A DNA stretch of 64,000 nt from an uncultured bacterium (GTDB taxonomy: Bacteria; Edwardsbacteria; AC1; EtOH8), in assembly GCA_937863685.1 (NCBI GenBank), contig CALMGM010000005.1, positions 1,012,217-1,076,216 of the forward strand, given 5' to 3'. Position numbers and translations under genes: made by a program. The notes below the pieces were generated by a model. The model was not told where the DNA came from. It was given only the letters and a program-made list of their open reading frames with translations, and made no database searches. Shown here piece by piece: positions 53,970 through 64,000 of the stretch. Every line of letters begins with the position of its first letter. Within the stretch, counting starts at the first letter, position 1.

Positions 53970-54440
53970 ATGAAAACCTTAGTGATCTATTATTCCCGCA
54001 CCGGGATAACCAAAAAGATCGGCCAGGCTATCGCCTCAAAGATCCAGGCGGACGCCGAGGAGATCGTAGACCTCAAAGACCGCAAGGGTCCCTGGGAATA
54101 CCTCAAGGCCGGGCGGGACGCCATGAAAAGGGTCCCGGCCCAGATCGCCGTCGTCAAGAACAATCCCGAATATTACGACCTGGTGGTCATCGGCACCCCG
54201 GTGTGGGCCGGCAACATGGCCTGCGCCATCCGCACCTATATAAGCCAGAACAAGGACAAGATCAAGAAGCTGGCCCTGTTCTGCACCATGGGCGGCTCGG
54301 GCGATCAGAACACCTACGCCGAGATGGAATCTCTTTCCGGAAAGACGGCGGTAGCCAAAATAACGATCAAGACCCGCGAGGCCGGTAAACCGGAGACCGA
54401 GGCCCGGCTTGACGAGTTCGTCAAGCAGCTTTCGCTGTAA
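53970..54440 (+). CDS. Flavodoxin-family protein
   Basis: MKTLVIYYSRTGITKK is an FMN phosphate-binding loop-like N-terminus, and ...LVVIGTPVWAG follows. I prefer the ATG at 53970 to the TTG at 53958. Confidence 0.75.
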   Translation: MKTLVIYYSRTGITKKIGQAIASKIQADAEEIVDLKDRKGPWEYLKAGRDAMKRVPAQIAVVKNNPEYYDLVVIGTPVWAGNMACAIRTYISQNKDKIKKLALFCTMGGSGDQNTYAEMESLSGKTAVAKITIKTREAGKPETEARLDEFVKQLSL

Positions 54441-54467
54441 ACCAATCGTTCATATTTTCAAATCATA

Positions 54468-56246
54468 ATGGCACGTATTCCCGAGGAAATAATTGACGAG
54501 GTCCGGCAGTCCAACGACGTGGTGGAGGTGCTGGGGCAGTACCTGTCCCTGAAGAAGACCGGCAGCACCTACAAGGCCCTGTGCCCCTTCCACCAGGAGC
54601 GGACCCCCTCCTTTGTGGTGACCCCGGTCAAGCAGATCTGGCATTGCTTCGGCTGCGGCAAGGGCGGCAACGTCATTTCCTTTCTGATGGAGCACGACAA
54701 GGTCTCCTTCATCGAAGCCTTAAGGACCTTGGCCAAGCGGGCCAACATCACTTTGCCTTCCTCCGACGGCTACAAGGAAGGTGCCCACGACCTTTTATAT
54801 CAGGCCAACGAGTTCGCCGCTAAATTTTTTCAGGAACGCTTAACATCGGGTATTGGCACGGGAGCCCGGGAATACCTCAAGAACCGCGGCGTCAGCGATC
54901 AATCAATAGAATTCTTTCGTTTGGGTTATGCGCCCAATGCCTGGGAGGATCTGCTCAAGGAGGCCGGCAAGCAGGGCCTGAGCCTGCCGCTGCTCAAGGA
55001 GGCCGGCCTGATAGTGGCCCGGGACGAGGGCACCGGATACTATGACCGGTTCCGGCACCGGATAATATTCCCCATATTCTCCCTGAGCGGCCGGGTGATC
55101 GGGTTCGGCGGGCGCAGCCTGGAGCAAAACCCCCAGGCCAAATACCTCAACTCGCCGGAGACCCCCATCTACCACAAGGGGCGCGGCTTTTACGGATTCT
55201 GCCAGGCCAAGAGCCCGGTGCAGGACGCCGGGAAGGCCATTCTGGTGGAGGGCAATTTCGACCTGATCATCCCCTACCAGCACGGGTTCAAGCACATCCT
55301 GGCCACCTCGGGGACCGCCCTGACCCCGGACCAGGCCCGGCTGCTGTCCCGCTACGCCAAGCAGGCAGTTGTCTGCTACGACCCCGATCCGGCCGGACAG
55401 AACGCCACCGACCGGGCCATCCCCCTGCTGCTGGAGGCCGGGATAGACGTCAAGGTGGCGGTGCTGCCCCCGGAGATGGACCCCGATCTGGCCATCCGCC
55501 GGGAGGGGGAGCAGGCCTTCGCCGCCATCATCGAATCGGCCATCACCTTCATCGAGTTCAAGGTGATGCGGGCCCGGCTGATGTCCGATCTTTCGCAGGT
55601 GGCCGACAAGAGCGCCCTGGTGAACAATCTTTTGAACCTGCTGGCTCTGGTGTCCGATCCGGTGAAACGGCGGCTATACATAAAAGAACTGGCCGAGGCG
55701 GCGGGCCTGGACGAATCCTTCATACTGGAACTGGCCCGGAAAAAGGAGGGGTTCAAGCCCGAGGGCAATGGCCAGGACGTCCCGCAGAACAATAAGCCGG
55801 ACTGGGAGGGCGAGATACTTTCCATTCTGCTGCGCCGACCGGAGAATATCAGCACCATCCTTCCGGAATTATCGGTCCAGGGTCTGGCCTCGTCCAGATT
55901 GATAGGTCTTTTAAAAAAACTGGGTGCCATCTATCAGGACACCGGACGGCTGGACGGAGCCGGGCTGATCATGAAATTTGAAGACCGGGAGGAACAGAGC
56001 CTGCTTTCCGGGTCACTGGTTCATAAGGAACTGCCGGACGATTCCCTGGACAGCGCCGACAACGATACCCAGCTGCTGTCGGATTACCTGATCAAATTGA
56101 GAAAACAGAACCTCAAGCCCCGTCTGAAAGATATCCAGCAGGAGCTCAAACTGGCCGAAAAGGCCGGCGACAGCATCCTGGTGGCCAAACTGCTCCGGCA
56201 GTATCAGGAATTGTCATCCGGCAATTCTGGGAACAAGACAGAATAA
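54468..56246 (+). CDS. dnaG: DNA primase DnaG
   Basis: Zinc finger CPFHQERTPSF....Q.WHCFGCG.GG and Toprim LVEGNFDLI. Confidence 0.92.
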   Translation: MARIPEEIIDEVRQSNDVVEVLGQYLSLKKTGSTYKALCPFHQERTPSFVVTPVKQIWHCFGCGKGGNVISFLMEHDKVSFIEALRTLAKRANITLPSSDGYKEGAHDLLYQANEFAAKFFQERLTSGIGTGAREYLKNRGVSDQSIEFFRLGYAPNAWEDLLKEAGKQGLSLPLLKEAGLIVARDEGTGYYDRFRHRIIFPIFSLSGRVIGFGGRSLEQNPQAKYLNSPETPIYHKGRGFYGFCQAKSPVQDAGKAILVEGNFDLIIPYQHGFKHILATSGTALTPDQARLLSRYAKQAVVCYDPDPAGQNATDRAIPLLLEAGIDVKVAVLPPEMDPDLAIRREGEQAFAAIIESAITFIEFKVMRARLMSDLSQVADKSALVNNLLNLLALVSDPVKRRLYIKELAEAAGLDESFILELARKKEGFKPEGNGQDVPQNNKPDWEGEILSILLRRPENISTILPELSVQGLASSRLIGLLKKLGAIYQDTGRLDGAGLIMKFEDREEQSLLSGSLVHKELPDDSLDSADNDTQLLSDYLIKLRKQNLKPRLKDIQQELKLAEKAGDSILVAKLLRQYQELSSGNSGNKTE

Positions 56247-56289
56247 AAAGAAAACAGATGTATAATATAACCAATTATTAGGAGAGGCC

Positions 56290-58014
56290 ATGGAGGACCG
56301 CAACATCAAGAAGAAGATCAAGCAGATAATCAATTTCGGGAAGGCCCAGGGGTTCATCACCTACCAGAAGCTCAACGAGATGCTGCCCGAGGATATCGTC
56401 TCTCCCGAGGATCTGGAGAATTTCATCATGATGCTGGCCCAGACCGGGGTGGAGGTGGTCAACTCCGAGGAGGAATGGAACCAGATCAAGGAGGCTCGGG
56501 AGAAGGCCAAGGGCAAGGAGACCGAGGAGGAGGTGCCGGTGGGGCTGCGCTTCGACGATCCGGTAAGGATGTACCTGCACGAGATCGGCCGGGTGCCACT
56601 GCTGGACCGGGAGAAGGAGATCGAGATCGCCAAGAAGATCGAGGAATGCCAGAAGCAGATCCTGAACCTGGCCTTTTCGGCCCCGGTCAACATGAAGGAG
56701 TTCATGCGTCTCTCCAAGCAGTTCGAGAAACACGAGCTGGCCATGGAGGAGCTGGTGCAGACCGACATCGACGGCTGGATGCCCCAGTATTCCTCCAGCC
56801 GAAAGAGGCAGAAGATCCTCCAGCTGCTGAAGAGGATTCAGCGGGATTACAAGGATATTGAGTACCTCTGCACCCTGAAGAACCAGGAGAAGGCCGGGCC
56901 CAAGATAAGCCAGCGCCGGGAGAAGATGATCACCAACCTCCAGGCCCTGAAACTGAGCACCGATGTTCTCAATTCCATGGTCCACCGGCTGCTGACCCTG
57001 TCCTTCCATATCAAGACCCACCAGAAGGAGAAGGACCGGGCCCTGGGGCATTGCAAGCTGAATGCCCAGGAGCTGGACAAGATGGCCAGGATCCTGAAGT
57101 CGGGCAAGAAGCTAAAAAAGGAGGAGAAGGCCAGACTGAAGGTGCCCAAGGACAAATTGCTCTGCTACTGGCAGGAGGTCCACACCGCCCAGAAGAAGAT
57201 GACAGCCCTGGCCAAGGACGCCAAGACCACCCCGGAGCAGGTGATGGACCTGGCCGACAGTGTCAGGAAGATGCAGTTTCAGCGGGACTATGCCAAAAAG
57301 GAGATGGTGGAGGCCAACGTCAGGCTGGTGATCTCCACCGCCAAGCGCTACATCAACCGGGGGCTGGAGTTTCTGGACCTGATCCAGGAGGGAAACTCCG
57401 GGCTGATGCGGGCGGTGGAGAAGTTCGACTACCACAAGGGATACAAGTTCTCCACCTACGCCACCTGGTGGATCCGGCAGGCCATCACCCGGGCCATCGC
57501 CGACCAGGCCCGCACCATCCGGGTCCCGGTGCACATGATCGAGGCCATCAACAAGGTGTCCAAGGCCTCCCGCAAGCTGGTCCAGGAGTACGGCCGGGAG
57601 CCCACCAGCCACGAGATCGCCGAGCACATGGAACTGCCCTTCGACAAGGTGCGCTCCATCATCAAGGTGGCCCAGGAGCCGATCTCCCTGGACAAACCGA
57701 TCGGGGACGACGAGGACACCGTCTTCGGGGATTTCATCGAGGACGCCTCGGCCAAATCACCGGCCCGCACCGCCAATTTTCTGATGCTGCGGGACCAGAT
57801 AGAAAAAGTGCTGGCCACACTTTCCAAAAGGGAGGAGTCGATCATCCGCCTGCGGTTCGGCCTCAACGACGGCTGCCCCCGGACCCTGGAGGAGGTGGGG
57901 GCCATCTTCAACGTCACCCGGGAGAGGGTGCGCCAGATAGAGGTCAAAGCCCTGCGCAAGCTGCGCCATCCATCGCGAAGCAAGCGACTGGAGGGGTTTT
58001 CCGACGTCATTTGA
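56290..58014 (+). CDS. rpoD: Primary RNA polymerase sigma factor RpoD
   Basis: Region 1.2 DPVRMYL.EIG, regions 2.x [64 protein letters not shown], and region 4.2 [24 protein letters not shown]. Confidence 0.95.
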   Translation: MEDRNIKKKIKQIINFGKAQGFITYQKLNEMLPEDIVSPEDLENFIMMLAQTGVEVVNSEEEWNQIKEAREKAKGKETEEEVPVGLRFDDPVRMYLHEIGRVPLLDREKEIEIAKKIEECQKQILNLAFSAPVNMKEFMRLSKQFEKHELAMEELVQTDIDGWMPQYSSSRKRQKILQLLKRIQRDYKDIEYLCTLKNQEKAGPKISQRREKMITNLQALKLSTDVLNSMVHRLLTLSFHIKTHQKEKDRALGHCKLNAQELDKMARILKSGKKLKKEEKARLKVPKDKLLCYWQEVHTAQKKMTALAKDAKTTPEQVMDLADSVRKMQFQRDYAKKEMVEANVRLVISTAKRYINRGLEFLDLIQEGNSGLMRAVEKFDYHKGYKFSTYATWWIRQAITRAIADQARTIRVPVHMIEAINKVSKASRKLVQEYGREPTSHEIAEHMELPFDKVRSIIKVAQEPISLDKPIGDDEDTVFGDFIEDASAKSPARTANFLMLRDQIEKVLATLSKREESIIRLRFGLNDGCPRTLEEVGAIFNVTRERVRQIEVKALRKLRHPSRSKRLEGFSDVI

Positions 58015-58041
58015 CGGTTATAATATTTAACACAAACTTAA

Positions 58042-58070
58042 TTGACAGGGGCGGGTTTATATGTTATAAA
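58042..58070 (+). promoter_or_regulatory. Sigma70-type promoter candidate for the nuclease gene
   Basis: TTGACA (58042-58047), a 17-nt spacer, then TATAAA (58065-58070). Confidence 0.5.
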
Positions 58071-58127
58071 TAGACGATGGCCATATGAGGCAATCGTCTA
58101 TTTATCTGTAATAAACACAGGGTTAAA

Positions 58128-60596
58128 ATGAGAAGAATATTCATTGCCATATACGTTATTTTAACGGCCTTCCGCATCGTTTCGGCGGTCGAGCTTTTCC
58201 CCGGGGTGACCGGCCGTCCGCTGATAGACTCATTGCGGAAATATTACAAGACGGTAACGGTGCTGAGCTACGACGGCGCCCGGGACAAGATGTACGGCGA
58301 GATCGATATCCAGGGGGACAGCCTGACCTGCGTCTATTCGGGCTGGACCATCAGCGGCGGCCCCACCGCCGACCCCACCGCCTGGGCCACCGCCGGCGAC
58401 ATCAACTGCGAGCATACTTGGCCCCAGAGCCTGCTGGACTCCACCAAGACCGAGTCCGACATACACCAACTTTTTCCCACCAAGATGCTGGTCAATGCCG
58501 ACCGGGGGAATTCCCCCTTTGCCGAGATACCTGACGCCAGCACCCAGTACTGGTACTACAAGAGCCTGGAAAGAAGCACCTCCATCCCCTCATCAAACAT
58601 CGACGCCTATGCCGAGGTGATCCTGAACACCAGCTGCGAGCCCCGTGAGGTCCAGCAGGGCAACACTGCCCGGGCCATGTTCTACGTGCTGACCATGTAC
58701 CAGTTGGGCGACACCTCGGATTCCTGGTGGACCGGACAGAAGTACGACCTCCGCAACTGGCACACCGGCGATCCCTCGGATTCCACCGAGAAGAGCCGAA
58801 CCTGGAAGATCGCCGCCTACCAGCAGAACAAGCCCAATCCTTTTGTGATCGACAGTTCATTGGTGGACCGCTGCTATTTTCCGGAATACCTGAACACCAG
58901 GGTCTTTTTTGCCTCCAGTTCCGTCACCAAGACCGAGGGCGATGCCCCCTTCAACATAGCGGTTTCCATCTCCGCGCCCAGCGCCGTCAGCGCCACCTCG
59001 GTGCAAGTTGTCCTGACCGGCGGCATCGGCACCGCGGCCGACATCAACAATTACACCACCCAGACCCTGACCTTCCCGGCCGGCTCATCGGCCAACCAGA
59101 ATGCCTCCATCACCATCACCGATGACGGCCTGGAGGAGGGCACCGAGACCCTGATATTCAAGCTGCGCAACGTCTCCGGCGGCAGCAGCGCCGTTATCGG
59201 GGCCGACAGCATCTTCACCCTGACCCTGGGCGACAATGATGATATCACGGCGCCAGCCATCATCTCCGGACCCACTGTAAACGGTATCACGTCTTCCACG
59301 GCCACAGTTAATTGGACCACCGACGAGGCCTCCAATTCCTGGGTCTACTATGGCCTGACCACATCGTATAGCGATACTGCCAAGAACGAAAGCGGCGTCA
59401 CCAGCCATTCCATGGGCCTGTCCGGGCTGGCGGCCTCCACCACCTATCACTACAAGGTATCGTCCACCGATCCCATGAACAACGGGCCCACCTATTCCGG
59501 GGACAATACCTTTGCCACAACGGCAACCGGCGGATATACAGTAGTGATCAGCGAAGTTAACGAGCAGCGTTCATCTTTGCCTTTATATTACAATGAATAT
59601 GTTGAATTGTATAATAATACAGCCGCTCCGATAAGCCTGAACGGTTGGCAATTGAGGCAGGACAGCACTGCGTATGCGACTACCTTCGGTGTGGCAGACA
59701 CGATCAAGGCTGGGGGTTATTTTGTAATAGTCCGTTCCTCCACTGGAAGCTGGTCCAGTTTTTACAGCTTGCCATACAATGTCGTTGGATCTTTGGTGCT
59801 TAACGGCAGTGAAACATTCAGCCTACGGGATGCCGGAAATAACCTAGTAGATTCCACCGTCACTTTCAGCGCAGCCTACTATTGCCAGTACCGCGCCCGT
59901 CCATTTTCCAGCGGCACCTTGCCCGCCAGTTGGTATGGGGATGCAGCCAACGGCACCACCACCACTTACGGCACTCCCGGCGGGGCCAATCCCAACGATC
60001 CCCTGGGCGTGGAGCTGGCCTATTTTACTGCCTTGGGCGAGCCGGGCCGGATCACACTCAAATGGACCACCGCCAGCGAAATCGACAGCTACCAGTGGCA
60101 GGTATGGCGGTCGCAGGATTCCCTGAACTATTACCAATTGATGGTTTCCATGCCAACAGCCGGCAATAGCAACGAGATACACAATTACGGATGGATCGAT
60201 AAGAATGTATTGGCGGGGGTTGATTATTACTACCGTTTGCTGGAGAAAGATATCAACGGCGATACGGCTGCCTATGGTCCGGTGAAGGCCGCAGCAACCC
60301 CCGCCTTGATCGATGACGGCCCCAGCCTGTCGGTGAACTTCAGTCCCAATCCCTTCAGGAATGACATCACAGTTCGCTATATGCTGCCCCGGCCCGGTCC
60401 TGCCAGGCTGGAGATATATAATATATCCGGCCAATCGGTAAGATCATTCTCTGAAAACAATGGCCAGGCCGGGCAGAACTATTTCGATTGGAACGGCCGA
60501 GGAGATGACGGGAAGGCCTGTCCGGCGGGTATATATTTCTTCAGGCTGACCACGGAGAGCGCCTGTCGGCAGGGCAGGATCACATTGATCAGATAG
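58128..60596 (+). CDS. Secreted endonuclease I-family nuclease fused to Calx-beta-like, FN3 and lamin-tail (LTD) domains and a T9SS-type C-terminal sorting domain
   Basis: Signal peptide. Endonuclease I motifs NCEHTWPQS and DIHQLFP....N..RGN.PF. A Calx-beta-like segment (VTKTEGDAPFNIAV...ITITDDGLEEGTETLIFKL). FN3 (TATVNWTTDEASNSWVYYG...TTYHYKVSS). LTD (VVISEVNE...YVELYN.T..PISLNGWQL). C-terminal FSPNPFRNDITVRY....ARLEIYNISGQ.V......AGIYFFRL. Confidence 0.75.
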   Translation: MRRIFIAIYVILTAFRIVSAVELFPGVTGRPLIDSLRKYYKTVTVLSYDGARDKMYGEIDIQGDSLTCVYSGWTISGGPTADPTAWATAGDINCEHTWPQSLLDSTKTESDIHQLFPTKMLVNADRGNSPFAEIPDASTQYWYYKSLERSTSIPSSNIDAYAEVILNTSCEPREVQQGNTARAMFYVLTMYQLGDTSDSWWTGQKYDLRNWHTGDPSDSTEKSRTWKIAAYQQNKPNPFVIDSSLVDRCYFPEYLNTRVFFASSSVTKTEGDAPFNIAVSISAPSAVSATSVQVVLTGGIGTAADINNYTTQTLTFPAGSSANQNASITITDDGLEEGTETLIFKLRNVSGGSSAVIGADSIFTLTLGDNDDITAPAIISGPTVNGITSSTATVNWTTDEASNSWVYYGLTTSYSDTAKNESGVTSHSMGLSGLAASTTYHYKVSSTDPMNNGPTYSGDNTFATTATGGYTVVISEVNEQRSSLPLYYNEYVELYNNTAAPISLNGWQLRQDSTAYATTFGVADTIKAGGYFVIVRSSTGSWSSFYSLPYNVVGSLVLNGSETFSLRDAGNNLVDSTVTFSAAYYCQYRARPFSSGTLPASWYGDAANGTTTTYGTPGGANPNDPLGVELAYFTALGEPGRITLKWTTASEIDSYQWQVWRSQDSLNYYQLMVSMPTAGNSNEIHNYGWIDKNVLAGVDYYYRLLEKDINGDTAAYGPVKAAATPALIDDGPSLSVNFSPNPFRNDITVRYMLPRPGPARLEIYNISGQSVRSFSENNGQAGQNYFDWNGRGDDGKACPAGIYFFRLTTESACRQGRITLIR

Positions 60597-60618
60597 AACG
60601 CAAATCTATGGAGGACTT

Positions 60619-63600
60619 ATGAAATTGAAAGAGTTAACATTTATTACTGCTCTGGTATTGCTGATGGGAACAAGCGCCTGGTCTCAGCCCTGGACATATG
60701 ATTTTGGAACGGGAACAGGTGTTTATTCGACCGCGAGTGGCGTGAGCCTTACATTTTTACCACAACCTACCAGTGGGGAAGATAGAATACGCATGGGCAC
60801 TGGTGGTGGCTCATTTAACTTGGAGAATCCGGGTCTTTTTTCATTAGGCACTAATACCGAGTTACGAATTGTTGCGCCGACGGGCACTTCTTCGAACTTC
60901 TTTCAGGTTTATGATTACTCCGCAGCCAAAGTATCTTATATTAAATTTAAATTGCTACTTGGTGATGCCACAGGTAACAGCACAACGAGTGGTACGTGGT
61001 ACTTTTTCAACGGCGATGGTACATCTTTTTCTGGAAGTGGGGGGTTTACCGGGGCAGAATCTTTCACTGGTTTGAGATGGGTTTTTGGATCTTCAAGCGT
61101 AATAACCACTAGTTATAGGAATGCGGGCGTTTGGACAACAATAGACGCCACAACGTTCGCACAAGCGACTGTATACAATGTAGAAATATACTGCAACAAT
61201 ACCACATCGTCGCAAACTTATGATAGAGGCGGTTCACAAACAGTTGCCGCCAACACCTGGGATTTATGGCTTAACGGAACAAATGTTTGTAACGATATGG
61301 CGAAAGCACAACTTGCTAATGATACCAATATTGACTCGTGGATGTTTTACGGTGCTTCTTCGACAAGCAACGTGGCCAACATATTCCTTGATGATTTTGA
61401 ATATTCAAACACACTTCCGACGGCAATTGCTACAGGCTCCGATGTCAATATTGGAGCAGGCGCCGAGCCGGCCTCCATTTCCGCCCTTATGGACAGCGAT
61501 GCCGAGAAGGTGCTTAACTTCGATTTTCGGGTCAAGGACGATTCCACCGGGGATGATGGGTTGAACACCCTGATAGATAAGATCGTCATCGCCAAGGGCG
61601 TTGGCAACGACATCTCCGACTGGGCCGGCGCCATAGCCGGGGCCAAACTGTTCGACGGCTCGGCCGACTCGGCCTCGGGCACCGTCTATGCCGACAGCAT
61701 CGTTTTCTCGGGAATGGACCATTCATCAGGAAAGCTGGGCGAAGTAACAGACAACGGCAGCAAGACATATCAATTGAAGCTTTGGCTTAAGGGTGACCTG
61801 GGTTCCTTGAAAGCCACCATCGACAACAGCAACCTATCCTTCAAAGTGGACCGGACCAGCTTCACGGTGGATGCCGCCGGCACCCCCTTTGCCAGCGGAA
61901 CAGGCACGGCGGTGGAGTCGGGCGCTTCCAACAATGCTATCAATGTGTCTGCCACCAAACTCAATATTTCTTCAGAACCCCCAGCCTCGGTGGATGTCAG
62001 CGTCGACTTTGGTTTATCGGTGGAGGCCGCCGATGACAACGGCAACCGCGATCGGGACGCCGCCAACAGCGTCACTCTGACCCTGCTGGGAGGAACGGGC
62101 AACCTGACCTCGACCGCCGGTTTGACTCAGAATCTTTCAACCGGCCTGAGGGCCTGGAGCGATCTGCAGTATGACCTGGCCGAATCAGGGCTGACCATCG
62201 AGGCTTCGGCCACCGGCCTGGTTCCGGATACCACCATCAGCTTTGCCGCCATCGGCGGAGCGCCCAACGTTCAGGCCAGCAATATCGTCTTTAGCGAGGT
62301 CTCCGAGAACCAATTGATCATCAGCTGGACCAACGGCAACGGCAGCGCCCGGATCGTTCTGATCCAGCAGGGCAATCCGGTGGATGCCGACCCGGTGGAC
62401 GGAGTATCATACTACCCCAGTTCCACCTATCTGATGGGGCAGGAGGTCGGCACCGGGAACTATACCGTTTATTCCGCCTCCGGAAACACCGACACCATCA
62501 TGGGCCTGGCCCCCAACACCACTTATCATTTTGCGGTCTATGAATACAACGGATCGGTCGGCACCGAAAATTATCTTACCCTGAACCCGGCGGTCGATAG
62601 CCAGCTTACCACCGAGCATTTCGACGCCGGGGATTACAGATCATTAAAGACCGGGACTTGGACTGACCTTTCATCTTGGGAGACTTACAACGGAGTGACC
62701 TGGGAAGCCCCCAGCCAGTCGCCCTGCTCCACCAACAATATCATCATCCGGAGCAGCGACACCATCACCGTCGATGCCGATGGCTCCTGCAAAAACGCCA
62801 CTTTCCTGGGGGCCAATTACGGGACCAGGCTGGATATCGATAATTACACCTTGGCGGTCTATGGAGCGCTCAACGCCGACGGGGTGACCCTGAACGATTA
62901 TCTGATCCGCTGCAGCTCAGGCCGGCTTAAATTCGTAGGCGGCCAAAGATCGCTTTTTGGAGAGAACTGGGGAGCTTACGGGACCAGATGGCGGATGGAG
63001 GTGGCCCTAAACCCAGGGGATACCGGAAAATCATCAAAGAATATTAAAGCTTCGGATATTATAATATCCTCCGGTGTTTTTTGGGGCGGTGATGTCCGGC
63101 CCGATTCAGGAACTGCTTCCACCGGAACCCTAAGCATTGCTTCCGGGGCAACGCTAATTGCAAGAAACGTTTCCCGTACTTCAACGGCCACGGCGCCCTG
63201 CCATAAGATAACCGTCAATGGAATATTGGCTCTGACCGGGTCCAGCGTCTCGGGCGACAGCATTCTGATAAACAACGGAGCTTATCTGAGGAGCGTTTCG
63301 GTCTCGGGGCAAATCGTGACCGGAGTTCTGCAATATGATCCTGGATCAACCCTGGAATATGCCGCTACCGCGGCCCAGCATACCAGACAGGAACTTCTGC
63401 AAATCGTGCCCAATATCCTGATCAATAACAGTACCGGTGTCACCATGGACACCACCACTACCGTGACAGGTAATTTGACCATGATCAGTGGAAATCTGAA
63501 TACCGGGATAGATTCCCTGATACTGGGCGCCTCGGCAACGCTTACCGGAGAGCAGGCAGGTCGGTACGTGATTGGAAAACTTTTGACCTTCCGCGCCGTC

Positions 63601-64000
63601 GGCACCGGGAGCTCCAGTTTCGGCGGAGTAGGGGTATCGCTCAATTCGGGTGCTGATGATCTGGGGACCGTCAATTTGTCCCGTATCTCGGGAGCGGCTG
63701 GCCAGGCGGTGGCCAGCATCACCGGAGCCAACGCCGACACCAGCATCGCCCGCCGCTGGAACATCACCTCCGACAATCCGCCTTCCGGGGGCAGGGACCT
63801 GACACTGTCCTGGATATCCGATGACGACAACGGCCGGGATCTGACCACCGCACAGTTGTGGAAGAGCCTGGATGGAGGGAGCACCTGGACTGTAGTCTTC
63901 AGCCCCCAGGATGTCTCCTCCAGCCGCTCCATAACCGAAAGCGTAACCTCGTTCTCGGCTTGGACGGTCAGCGATGCCGCCAACCCCCTGCCGGTCCAGC
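60619..64000 (+). CDS. Very large secreted surface protein (over 1127 aa, continues past the window end)
   Basis: Frame 1 is open from the ATG at 60619 to the window end by hand translation. Signal peptide MKLKELTFITALVLLMGTSAWSQ. An FN3-like segment (NIVFSEVSENQLIISWTNGNGSARIVLIQQG...NTTYHFAVYEYNG). The sequence is Thr/Ser/Gly/Asn-rich and beta-type. It is not in the ORF track because no stop lies in the window. Confidence 0.7.
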   Translation, partial: MKLKELTFITALVLLMGTSAWSQPWTYDFGTGTGVYSTASGVSLTFLPQPTSGEDRIRMGTGGGSFNLENPGLFSLGTNTELRIVAPTGTSSNFFQVYDYSAAKVSYIKFKLLLGDATGNSTTSGTWYFFNGDGTSFSGSGGFTGAESFTGLRWVFGSSSVITTSYRNAGVWTTIDATTFAQATVYNVEIYCNNTTSSQTYDRGGSQTVAANTWDLWLNGTNVCNDMAKAQLANDTNIDSWMFYGASSTSNVANIFLDDFEYSNTLPTAIATGSDVNIGAGAEPASISALMDSDAEKVLNFDFRVKDDSTGDDGLNTLIDKIVIAKGVGNDISDWAGAIAGAKLFDGSADSASGTVYADSIVFSGMDHSSGKLGEVTDNGSKTYQLKLWLKGDLGSLKATIDNSNLSFKVDRTSFTVDAAGTPFASGTGTAVESGASNNAINVSATKLNISSEPPASVDVSVDFGLSVEAADDNGNRDRDAANSVTLTLLGGTGNLTSTAGLTQNLSTGLRAWSDLQYDLAESGLTIEASATGLVPDTTISFAAIGGAPNVQASNIVFSEVSENQLIISWTNGNGSARIVLIQQGNPVDADPVDGVSYYPSSTYLMGQEVGTGNYTVYSASGNTDTIMGLAPNTTYHFAVYEYNGSVGTENYLTLNPAVDSQLTTEHFDAGDYRSLKTGTWTDLSSWETYNGVTWEAPSQSPCSTNNIIIRSSDTITVDADGSCKNATFLGANYGTRLDIDNYTLAVYGALNADGVTLNDYLIRCSSGRLKFVGGQRSLFGENWGAYGTRWRMEVALNPGDTGKSSKNIKASDIIISSGVFWGGDVRPDSGTASTGTLSIASGATLIARNVSRTSTATAPCHKITVNGILALTGSSVSGDSILINNGAYLRSVSVSGQIVTGVLQYDPGSTLEYAATAAQHTRQELLQIVPNILINNSTGVTMDTTTTVTGNLTMISGNLNTGIDSLILGASATLTGEQAGRYVIGKLLTFRAVGTGSSSFGGVGVSLNSGADDLGTVNLSRISGAAGQAVASITGANADTSIARRWNITSDNPPSGGRDLTLSWISDDDNGRDLTTAQLWKSLDGGSTWTVVFSPQDVSSSRSITESVTSFSAWTVSDAANPLPVQ

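Overview
64 kb of chromosome from a fairly GC-rich bacterium (sampled lines about 55-60% GC) with several markedly AT-rich genes embedded. Gene content points to an uncultured anaerobe or microaerotolerant member of the FCB-type lineages: a T9SS-style C-terminal sorting domain, a CBM9/DUF5916 outer-membrane protein, rubrerythrin, desulfoferrodoxin, HemW and flavodoxin. This placement is inference only.

Most of the window is housekeeping: tex, two pilT-family ATPases, tRNA-Leu(CAA), hemW, a DEAD-box helicase, tkt, grpE-dnaK-dnaJ, rsmE, cvpA, mutS2 and dnaG-rpoD. I saw no rRNA, CRISPR array, transposase, integrase or prophage genes.

The most interesting region is 26.8-33.4 kb, a co-directional run of 16 ORFs:
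- It is headed by an ECF sigma factor and a soluble ZAS (HxxxCxxC) anti-sigma factor.
- It combines TrxA, TrxB, a two-CxxC PDO, a peroxiredoxin, OsmC, rubrerythrin and desulfoferrodoxin.
- Five very small Cys-motif or membrane proteins are interleaved. Four of them are below the ORF-track cutoff or hidden inside a longer listed ORF.
- An identical 30-nt promoter-like motif precedes both the sigma gene and trxA.

Other notable points:
- An orphan radical-SAM/SPASM maturase sits directly behind the pilT terminator.
- A TetR gene has a shared palindromic operator at two promoters.
- A membrane polyferredoxin gene shares 1 nt (TAATG) with the start of an RNA helicase that carries a long basic low-complexity N-terminal extension.
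- A family of modular intergenic hairpin repeats is dispersed through the window, and one pair of copies shows a compensatory base-pair change.
- A secreted endonuclease I fusion (Calx-beta, FN3, LTD, T9SS domain) lies next to a very large surface protein.

All functional calls rest on motifs read by eye. No database search was run.
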